Shown piece by piece: positions 14,801 through 25,300 of a DNA stretch of 64,000 nucleotides. The notes under the pieces were generated by a model, which saw only the letters and a list, made by a program, of their open reading frames with translations, was not told where the DNA came from and did not search any database. Position numbers and translations under genes: made by a program. Position 1 is the stretch's first letter. Each line of letters opens with the position of its first letter. The stretch is from Octopus sinensis (lineage: Eukaryota): assembly GCF_006345805.1 (NCBI RefSeq), contig NC_043018.1, forward strand, positions 13,082,001 to 13,146,000, in the 5' to 3' direction.

Positions 14801-16487
14801 GTGCCTAGGCCAAGTGGTTAAGTTTGCTTTCAAACACTGAAGTCCTGGGGTTCAAACCCACTAGATGGCATCTTGGACATATGTCTTTTATCATAGCTTC
14901 CGACTGACCAATGCTTTGTGGAAGCCAGCCTGCCACACTGATTGTACTGGAAATTCAAAAAATCCAGCCTTGTTACGTAGTATCACACTAGAAGCTTACA
15001 TAAATGGCATCTGTGTCAGTGGAATAGTCCACCACTTACATTCCAATTCAGTGAGCAGGTAGTTCAGCTGATTAAGCAATTGTGCACTCATGACTGAAAC
15101 TGACAGAAATATAGGGTGGTGGGCGAGGTGGAATCATCAGAGTGTCACAAAAACAATGCACGACGGTGTCTGTTCAGTCTCTTTACATTCTGAGTTCAAG
15201 TCCCACCAAGGTTAACTCTGCTTTGCATCCTTTTGTTACGAGGAAATAAAAGCACCAGTCAAGAACTGGTGTCAGTAGTGTCAACTAAACCCGTCTCCTC
15301 CAAACTGCTGGCCTTGTGCCTAAATCAGAAATCATTATTTCTAATAGTTTAGAACAGTTGGAGAGAAATATTTTCATGAAGATTGACCGGTCAGTATGTG
15401 TACTGGTAAAACAATTTGACTTCTTCTTTGAGAGAGAAAAATAGATGGGAATTAGATAACATTAAATTCAGATGATTTCAGAGTCACTAATGATAATAAT
15501 TCACACATAGAAGTGTCACACAAACGACACCGTAAATAGACAAGTTCAACTGAACTTATAAAATTAAAGTAGTTGCTGTTTAGTTCCAAATTCAAACTCA
15601 TCAGGAATTTCAGTTAAGACCATTCTGATTTATTTTCCATAGTGTACTTAGGATACCATCATCCACTGTGTCCATTTGAGAAGTTTTGACTATTATTTGA
15701 GGGAGACTTAGATGCTATTTTTAACATATCAAGCAATTATACAAAAGCCCCTTCACTGGTTTATTAAAAAAAGGATATTTTTAATGTGAAGTTGAAATCA
15801 GTTTTTAATATTTACAGAAAAACAATTTTAAACTAAAATAAATTTTTTTTTTTTTCAAATTAGTGGCTGATATAATTTCTTTTTGCCAAATATTTAATCA
15901 GAATGAATAATTCTTAGAAAAATAAATGAAATATTAAAACCCAAATGCAATATACTAATAATGAACTCAATGTTTAGCAATTTCATCAAATAAATATTCA
16001 TGCCTAATCAAAAAAGAGTGTCTTACCAAAATGTAGAATTTTAATCTTTTTAAACTTGCAGAGAATAGCTTTAGAACATTAATTTCTTTTTATATGAACA
16101 GGAAGATGAAGGTACTCACAACAAACTGAATAATATCATTAGACTTTCAATATATTCTAATGAAAAATAAAATTTTAAATGTACAATTCTTAAACGTTAG
16201 GTACAATAGTTGGGAAGCTTAGCTGCTGGACAAATGACCCCTTGATTCAAGTTCAAACACCACAAGAGTGAAAAACTCACTTCTAGGTAAACCACAGAGC
16301 CTGTCTGACCTTATTAAAATGGTTAACGATAATTGGAAGAATAGCAAAAAAAAAAGTACAACTGATCCCAACAGTATACAAATATTTAAATAAGGGAGGG
16401 AGAGAAACCCCCCCACCATCCCACCCACGTGTAAAAATGGATAAAACAAACAACTGAAAATTTTTTTAAAAAATGTCAAATTATAAT

Positions 16488-16493
16488 TTTATT
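16488..16493 (-). terminator. Poly(A) signal likely ending the proximal terminal exon (3' UTR ~1.1 kb)
   Basis: AATAAA on the minus strand, followed by U-rich and GU-rich sequence (gttgtttgtttt near 16435-16455). Confidence 0.55.
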
Positions 16494-16534
16494 GGCAGTT
16501 ATCTTAATAGCAAACTGATTCCATCATGTGATAC

Positions 16535-16708
16535 TGAAATCACCAACAAAGACATTCAGGTAGGCTAATATCTCATGGCCACTTCATATGAGTGTGAGTG
16601 CGTGTGTGTGTGTGTGTGCATTGAAATCACCAACAAAGACATTCAGGTAGGCTAATATCTCATGGCCACTTCATATGAGTGTGAGTGCGTGTGTGTGTGT
16701 GTGTGCAT
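16535..16708. repeat. Direct tandem duplication with an 87-bp period, each unit ending in (GT)n
   Basis: TGAAATCACCAACAAAGAC...GTGTGTGCA starts at both 16535 and 16622. Confidence 0.92.
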
Positions 16709-17609
16709 GTGTGTGTGTGTGTGTGTAACACCTGTACAAAGTCCATGTTCACACACACAAATGAATAAGGTTTATTTGCAACACTGAGTGTGATGTGATG
16801 AAGAATTTCAATTTAAAAAATAAAGGCATATATAATAGCCAGAGTTTGTAATCCATTCTATACTGTTCTGTAAACAATATGACAATTTATTTTACAAATT
16901 TTCTTGGAACAAAGACTTCTTTCAATTTTTTTTTTTTCCCAAAAAACATATTTTTCTCTCCAAAATTTATCACTTTTCACAAATAGACCCAGCCAAATCT
17001 ACAATTCTATTTATTTATTTTCAGTTTGATATATTTTTTTCAAATGTTAAACTATGTGCAGAAAATACGTTTTAGTTTGAAAACAAAACAATAGTCCCAA
17101 ATTAACAGGTTCTATTGTATGTACAACATATATTGTTTGTGTGTGTGTGTGTGTACTCTTTTAGAGTTCAAGTTAAAAAGAATGAGTAATAATCTATTTA
17201 TTTGGCTGGAATGGTAATGGTTGTTTGAGGCCATTTTATTTTTAATAATTTTGAAGTTTTACAATTAAAAATATGAAAAAATAATTTCATTTCTCTGAAT
17301 TAGACCAAAAAACAATTCCTTTCACCTTTATAAACAGAGAATGTTTGTGTATGTGGAAGTAAGTTTCACATTCTAGCAGCGTATTTAATACAACAAAATA
17401 TTACGCTGTGTGTTGAGTAGAAACTGAGAAGCCAATGTACACACACTGATCGGGTTAAATGCAGTAGGAACAATGCTTTCTTTAGCTTCACCACAGTGAT
17501 AGTAGCAATAGACAAACCATTACGCTCATACCCAAGACTTGGGGCTGATCTCTTATTTTTCCCCCTAATTGCAAAATCCCAGTGTCTTTTCCTCTTTTAA
17601 TCCACCATA

Positions 17610-17869
17610 TTATGGTCTATGCTTTGGAACCATGCTTCGACGTTGTTCTGGCAGAATTCCACGTAACTTTGCGTTATCGTGTGAAGTTCCAATGGGCAAA
17701 GGCAAGGCCGAGGCGCGGAGACTCGGCCGATCTCCAGTCGATGGTGTGGCCAGTCTGCTCTCACTCATTTTACTATCAGTTATGGCTTCAAAGGATTCCG
17801 AGTCCCTGGTGGCCAGGGACAGACGCGTAGGTAGTTTATCCTTACACCGAGCTTGAAGACCACGAGAAT
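17610..17869 (-). CDS. CSNK1D: Putative alternative (proximal) terminal coding exon of CK1: (N)SRGLQARCKDKLPTRLSLATRDSESFEAITDSKMSESRLATPSTGDRPSLRASALPLPIGTSHDNAKLRGILPEQRRSMVPKHRP*
   Basis: Checked codon by codon: open for 85 codons in the phase-1 frame after the acceptor cttcttttctgtcactcag|AT. It is preceded by >100 nt of pyrimidine-rich sequence and is a GC-rich island in AT-rich DNA. The product is Ser/Thr/Pro/Arg-rich like CK1 tails. Missing from the ORF track. Confidence 0.72.
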
Positions 17870-18699
17870 CTGAGTGACAGAAAAGAAGTCTGAATCAGCA
17901 GACGAAAATTACTCCTGGAGTTAGAGAAGAGGTGAAAAGGAGGGAGGGAAGAGGAGACAAGAAAGCCAGAAGGAGTTCACACCCTTGTTGAAATGGGGAG
18001 GAAGAGGAGGAGGACACACCATTTCATGCTTGAATGCAACACATGCTCATGGAGGGAGGAGGGAGTTGGACTTTTTTAAAACTGGTTTTCAGCAAAGATA
18101 AACACGTGGACCATGCTGCCGTCAGAACAGATGAACATTTATAGTTAGACTAAACTCCAAAGCTGTTAACTGGGAATAAATAATGTTATCAAATATTAAC
18201 AACAAAATCGTATTTACTGTAGCAGAATTCAGGAGACAAAAACTAATATTTTCATGCATTGACAACCATGGCTGAATGTCTGGAAATCTCATTATAATCA
18301 TGCTATTGTAAGTGTGTGTGTGTGTGTATATACACATTCACACACATGTGTGTATATAAAATCAGAATTTAGGTAAAAACTTCAATGCCTGAGGCTCTTT
18401 TTATATGAAAGGAAATGGTTTTAGAAGCCCAAGGGAGAAAGAGAAACAGAATTCAGGTAAAAATGTCATGCATGGAAAGAATTAAAATAAATAAAACAAA
18501 ATGAACAAAAGGCAAAACAACTAATTTGAAATTACAGTTAACGAGATTCTATGTATACTCATGATTTGAATGAAAGATTGAGAGTTTCGACAATTTTAGA
18601 AATAAAGACAGTGAGAGAGTATGTGTGAGACTTACTCATGCATAAATGATACCTGGTGTTTGAAACAATTTTCAGAATCAACATGAAATATTAATGTGT

Positions 18700-18838
18700 G
18701 AGTGTGTGTGAGTGTGGTGTGTGTGTGTGTGTGTGTGTGAGTGTGAGTGTGAGTGTGTGTGAGTGTGTGAGTTTACAAGTGATGCAACCTGGTCAACAAT
18801 GCCCTAACAAAAATTCAAGCAAAATAAATTTTCTCAAA

Positions 18839-18913
<75 letters not shown>

Positions 18914-18940
18914 TATATATAATATATATATATATATATA
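18700..18940. repeat. (TG)n and (TA)n microsatellites. Other long tracts at ~895-927 (CAC), 2818-2860 (GTG/GTA), 31435-31495, 33610-33690, 33860-33902 and 58255-58295 (TA), 49803-49880 (TG)
   Basis: Direct reading. Confidence 0.9.
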
Positions 18941-19229
18941 GTGGAGGCACATGGCCTAGTGGTTAGAGCAGCATACTCGCGGTTGAGGGAATGCAGGTTC
19001 AAATCTCAGACCGGGCGATGTGTGTGCTTATGAGTGAAAGACCTAAGCTCCACACGGCTCTGGCAGAAGGTAATGGCGAACTTCCGCTGACTTTCGCCAC
19101 AACTTACTCTCACTCTTTCCTCCTGCATCTTGCAGCTCACTTGCGACGGACTGGCCTTCCGTACAGGTGGGGAACCTTTATGCCATGGAAACCGGCCCTA
19201 TGAGCCAGGCGTGGCTTGAGAAGGAACAC

Positions 19230-19240
<11 letters not shown>
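18941..19240 (+). mobile_element. tRNA-derived SINE with (CAA)n tail, inserted in a (TA)n tract
   Basis: A box TGGCCTAGTGG and B box GGTTCAAATCT; flanked by (TA)n on both sides. Confidence 0.8.
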
Positions 19241-19264
<24 letters not shown>

Positions 19265-19530
19265 CATCATCATCATCATCATCATTTAGCGTCCGTTTTC
19301 CATGCTAGCATGGGTTGGACGGTTCTACTGGGGTCTGTGAAGCCAGAAGGCTTCATCAGGCCCAGTCAAATCTGGCAGTGTTTCTACGGCTGGATGCCCT
19401 TCCTAACGCCAACCACTCCGTGAGTGTAGTGGGTGCTTTTTACGTGCCACCCGCACTGGTGCCAGACAGAGCTGGCAAACGGCCACGAACGGATGGTGCT
19501 TTTTATGTGCCACCGGCACGAGGGCCAGGC
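19265..19530 (-). mobile_element. RTE LINE 3'-end copy. Related short copies at ~6536-6620, 9605-9740, 27776-27950, 37738-37990, 43400-43610, 46550-46650, 55300-55400, 57636-57782, 58297-58435 and 62805-62940
   Basis: Shared core GGCGTTAGGAAGGGCATCCAGC...CCAACCCATGCTAGCATGGAAAACGGACG with a (GAT)n or (CAA)n tail. Confidence 0.8.
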
Positions 19531-20984
19531 GAATATATATATATATCATCAAGTGTTTTAAATCTGGATTTTGTAGCAATTAATGGGGTTGGCCAGATCT
19601 ACCAGAATGCTATTAATTCAAAACAATGTGAATAAATAAGTGTTACTTTCAACCTTATAACATGAATGTTAAAGGGTTGTGGGGCATCTTGCAGGCGTGA
19701 ATCCACTGCAGCATGCTTCGGCTGTCGTCTTTGCTAACCTCGGAAATTACCCACGGCAACAGCACCTGACACATTTCACTTCAGAAAAACCTTCAAGGCA
19801 TTTCACACACTGCAACCCTGCAGGAAGATCTTTGAGAATGCACTCACTCGCTTACCTGAGCTTATTTTCCAATGAATAGTGATACATGCACCTGAACCCC
19901 TATATACGTCCTCACGCGCTCGTTTGCTGTACTGCCCAGTCACTGACCGCACACATTTTGGCATGCAAAGCAACACCGCTATTCAAACTAATCCGAATAG
20001 CAGACTGTCCCGTATACACTTCAACAATCCTGTCTCTCATGATAAGCAAAATTTCTCCTCAACCATGCATTTCTTTTGTCTCCTTAAATCGTTCGTTCCC
20101 CGGAACATCATTGTGGAGGGGAGTGATGTAGTGCAGGTTGCAGGCATGAAGTGGATTCAATCCACCACAGCCACATTTAAATTAACAGTTCAACAGAACT
20201 TTTCTCACAGTGGAACAATGGTTTTTTTTTTCAGTGACAGCAGTTTTACCTATGTCAGATGCCTTTAGCTAGGCCAAAATAATGCCTTCACCACTTGACC
20301 CTTATAACCTTTTCTACTTCACCAAAAGCTAGAATAGAGATATCACAGTACCACCAACAAAGCCCATTGTTCTCAATGATATGTCTATCCTTCTGGACAG
20401 TTATAAAAGCAAGAACCCCAAGCAAAACTCAGTTAGTGATTTGGTGACAACTTAATCAGTTAGTTAATGAATGACAAACTTGAGTCAGAGACAGCTACCA
20501 TCAGTTAGGGAGCAGAATGCTTGAACCATGATCCAAAGCAAGGCAAGCTACTAAAGACAATGGTCAAATGGAGAAATGAAATTTACTGCCAGCAGCTATG
20601 AGACCCAACTTCCCACACTCTCTCACTTTGTCTTCTCTGCACTATTACCATATCTCTCTCTATGGTTTACTACTATAATATGAACACACAGGCCAAACTT
20701 TTTTTTACTTTGCACACTCTAAAATTTTATTCTCCTGCCCGTCAAGGCAAGGTATATTCAATGTAACAGTAAATAAATATTTTTCACAACTTCAGCCACT
20801 GTTCTTTCATCTTTACATAATGGCTATCGACGAAGAACCAATCTTTACACACTGATTACGACTCAACATTCTACCATACTGTGTATCGACTATTGTCTTC
20901 CTATATTATTGTTGACTAAATAATCTTCATCCATAACAGGGTTAAACACTGCTTAGTTAAGAATAAATTTTAATTATGCTCATA

Positions 20985-21880
20985 AACTATTTTGAAGCAC
21001 AGACTCAGGTTGAGCAATTTTATTTTATGAGTTCAAAAAGAAATGCAAGGTAGTAGAAAATGCTTGCAATATCAACCAGCATTTGGTCAGGAGACTGTCA
21101 AAGAATGTACAGTAACACTGGTTCAAGAAATTCTGAAGGCCATTATTGAAGTAGACTCACATAAAACAATTCAAGAGCTTGCAGAAGAACTAACATTGAC
21201 CATTCAAGAGTCAGTGGGAAGTCAAAAGATTTCAACAAATGGACACAACAAACTAAATGACAAAATAATTGCCAGCATGAAGTCTTATCTGAGCTTCTTT
21301 TGCACAAGAGAAAAGTACCTATTCTTTTGACTGCATTGTGAAGTGATGAAAAATGGATTTTATATTAGATCCAAATGTATTTCATACACTGGCTGAACTA
21401 AGGTGAATCACTAAGACACTTTCCCAAACCAAAGCAGTAATTTCAGAGAATTATGGTTAATGGCAGTTGTTAAGCAGAATCTTCTGCCATTTCTCAAATG
21501 CTGAAACCATCATAACAGAAATATTACTAGAAAATCAATATAATGCATCAAAAATTACAATATCCAGCACCGCACAATCAAAAAGGACCAATTCTCCATA
21601 ACAATATCTAACCACAAATTTGTACAGAAGACTGCAGAAACTGAACAGACTGGGTAAGGACACAACTTCAGCCAGTTTACTCCCCACACCACTTTCTATC
21701 TCTCTTTCTCTCTGACTATAACGTTTTCAAACATCTCAATAACTTGCTAAGCAGCAGCTCAAAACACCTTCCACAAATTCATTGGTTCTAGGATTCCCAA
21801 AATTATGTGCTACAAGAATGGACCCACTTCTTGTGGCAAAAATATTTAAGTTCTGATGGTTATTTCATTTATATAATTTA
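20985..21880 (+). mobile_element. Highly decayed mariner transposase (Hsmar1/cecropia-like)
   Basis: Remnants of FLYEFK, NINQAFGQETV, ELAEEL, (R)IV(T)xDEKWILY, GPILH and YSP...SDY. Confidence 0.8.
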
Positions 21881-21909
21881 TTCAGAAACACACTGCTTTC
21901 AAGTTGATC

Positions 21910-22300
21910 TTATTTTAGTCATTGGAGTGTGGCCATGTTAGGGCACCGTTTGAAGGGTTTTAGTCAAACACATCAACCCCAGGACTTATGTTTATTTCTG
22001 AAGTCTGGCACTTATTCTGTGGGTGTCTTTTGTTGAATTACTGGGTTGTGGGAATGTTAACAAATCAACACCATTTGTCAAGTGGGGACAGGGAGGAGGT
22101 GGCAAAACATACTGACACAAGACACAAAGACGCACACAACACAGGTTTCCTCACAGTTTCTGCCAACCAAATTCACTCACAAAAGCACTGGTCAGTCAGG
22201 GTTATAGTAGAAGACACTTTCTAAAGGTGTCACACAGTAGGACTGAACCTGAAACCATGTGAATGCAAAGTGAGCTGCTTAATCGCACAGCCATGCCTGA
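21910..22300 (-). mobile_element. SINE family A copy. Further copies or fragments at ~4850-4980(+), 14800-14930(+), 30650-30856(-), 44755-45135(-), 46245-46420(+), 48990-49360(-), 49505-49805(-), 53670-53810(-) and 63060-63235(-)
   Basis: Shared core CTACCAAATCCACTCACAAGGC...GGCTATAGTAGAAGACACTTGCCCAAGGTGCCAC. Confidence 0.8.
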
Positions 22301-25300
22301 ATCAATATAATTAAAAACCACCATTTTCACACCAGTCTGACACATTGAAGAAAGGGATTGAAATAGGTCTACATTGCCTATATTATAGATATATTCTTGC
22401 TCTGGGTTCAACCAGATCGACATTACCTGTACAGACACAAAAAATTTCACATACCCCACCAACCTGTTAAACATTGACTCTCAACAGTTTTGAATGTAAA
22501 CATGAAGAACATGTGGCTTTAATCAACATTGTGGTTGTTCTCAGTAGTTCAGATAGATATACCAATATAACCGTTTTCATGTGGTGAATCCACAATGCCC
22601 ACCCCACCCCCACAAGTGGAGGATAAAGTTGTATGTAAAAGAAGTACCGTCATTAATAAAGTTTTTCCTCTTTTAAAGCAAAAGGTATCATGTGACGCTA
22701 GATTTGACCAACTAATTCAATATTATTAGATAGCTTACTAAGACAACAATTTTGCCCTATGACCATCACAACCTACAAAGTACTGTTGTTGTTGTTTGGT
22801 TATCATATATACTAACCAGATTAACTCTTTTGTCTGACTGTGGTTTTTATGGCTAAATGACCAGCAATTAAAAAGACATCCAGTTATAAAGACAATTCTA
22901 ACAATATGCAAATGTTCAAACTTGAACTAAAAGCATTCGTTGACTGAAAGATAGCCAGCAACTGGGCAGAACCTTATATGAATATATTAGCTCAATTCAC
23001 ACACTTCTCCTTTGTATTATATTAATCATAATTTTACCCCACCCAACTTGATATGTCCAGCAAACTGAATGACGCTGAAAATCAGATACAAAAGACAAAA
23101 CAAAAATGCCCATGATGATTTTTAACCCTTTCATGACTAGATTACTAATAGAATAAAATGTGCTTCCATGAATTTTGAAGGATTTAGTCAAACAGCTGAC
23201 CTGTCCCATTATTAAGCTTGTATATGGAACACAACTTCATCAAAAGTTCTTCAAATTATAATGGATGGTTTTAATTAAAATGTAAACACCTCATAACTAG
23301 TGGTTTTGTATGATATTTTAGGAAGATTATTACTATTATTTCATTTGTTAGACTATCAGTTATATCAACAAATAGTTTAACACGAGCTCTTTGTCTTTCT
23401 AAATTTCAGACAGAAAGCACTCCTCCAAAATATAAAGAAATGCAAACTAGCTTAACCATCAAATATCTAAGACTGCCACATAATCCATCTGGAATACAAA
23501 ATTAAAAGGTTTGAGAATCTATGATTGGAAGTTGAAAACAACATACTGAAATTATGTGGAGAAACTAGAAGAGGTACAAATAAATGGTTTTATTAAGTTT
23601 TGAACTTGTGGCATGCGATCAGCAGTCCAACACCCTAAAGTTGAAATCACTGAGCCTATATACCTCCCAGAGACAGTTGAAGTAGTAAAAGTTTAATGAG
23701 GTCAGCAGTAGTGCAAGGAAAATATGAAACAATATAGTATTGATCTTAAGAAAGAAGAGAGCCTATTCTGATGAAACAGCAAGAGAAACTGAAATATAAT
23801 AATGTATTTATATAATAATAATAATAATGGACATATGAGGGTTCGACAATTTCTTACAGAAGAACTACACAGATGATTTGTTTATAGTGATCAAATGTTC
23901 GTGTAGACATAAGCTCACTCCCTCCACCAGATTGACATTACCTGTACAGGTGCAACGGGTGTCAGATGTCGAAATGATCGCAGAGCAATATGAAATGAAG
24001 TGTTCTGCTCAAGAACACAATGCAACACTTGGTCTGGGAATTGAACCCACGATCTCGCAATCGCAAGTTCAACACCTTAACCACTAAACCATGCACCTTC
24101 ACACACACACAAAAGAGAACTGGACATTTGTTTATATAATCAAATTAATATAACACTGGTAATTGAACTAATATGAGTGTGATAAAAAAAAAAAACTGTA
24201 CTGAAATACATATACACACATAAAAAAAAACTGATATACAGGTATCCAAACTTGAATAATACAATGTAAAGAAACATCACCTCAAAAGATTGTTCTACAG
24301 TGATAAACCTCAGAGAGAATTTTCAGTACTCCAGGCTTTTTTTTTAAAAAGCTTGATTTTGATTTAGATTTTATAATCCATTTAAGAACACTACCAAATA
24401 TTGTTTAGTTTTAGGTTTAGCCTGATCCAGAAAACTTCAGAAATGTTCCAGCTATGACTATCTTCACCACCCTCCCCCATTTTCCCCCCAAAGAATCTAG
24501 ATTACATTAACCAATGGCCTTTTCCCCAGCTGAAAATGAGAAAATTGGTTTGACAGATTTGGTTGCTATTTCTAGCAAGTAAAGCAATCATATAAAGGCT
24601 CCTTCATTATGTACTCCCATAATCTTGATCTATTTAGAGGATTAGTTGGGCAGGAAGTTTGTGAGTAAGAGTCCTGGTAGTCAATCAGTGGTGATTTGGG
24701 TGTATACATTAAGCTTGATACCAAATATGTAATCTCAGATTAACCCTGAACAACTAACCCTTCAATAAAAGCATTCCAGTCATGGCCACCCTATCCAGCA
24801 TCATGTACTCTCAATTATAGTATCCACAGTGTTCTTTTGTAAAGATACCAAGGCAACCAATAAGCAGCTTTCTCACTGGTTTGATACCAAATGAGCGCTA
24901 ATGAAACACTGAAACAGGAGACCAATAGTCAGTCTTACCCAGCATTGCATACCATTTTCCATTGACCATTTTCATGACTGTTGTTTCAAAATAGAATTTA
25001 TGGACATAACCATGCACCAGAATTCTTTAAGAACATTTGCATTGTTGATTTTCCCACCAAAATATTTGATAGATGTGGTCAAATGGGAGAACCAAAGTAG
25101 ATGTTGGTGATGCCATTGCAAAAATTGTCAAAAACTACTGTTTATATAATACTAGCTTAAAACCTGTACTCTGTGCAGGCTTCTAAGCTGGCTCCTGCGG
25201 AGGACTAATTGGGCCTGTGGCCCAAAACTAAAGAGAGTTGAATAGCATGATTATAATACGTCTATAATGACTATATGCCCCAGTAGTGTTTGATCAGAGG

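Noticed and set aside
17569-17856. + strand ORFs of 95 aa and 82 aa
   Set aside because: They are antisense shadows of the GC-rich minus-strand exon, with no splice or promoter support on the + strand.
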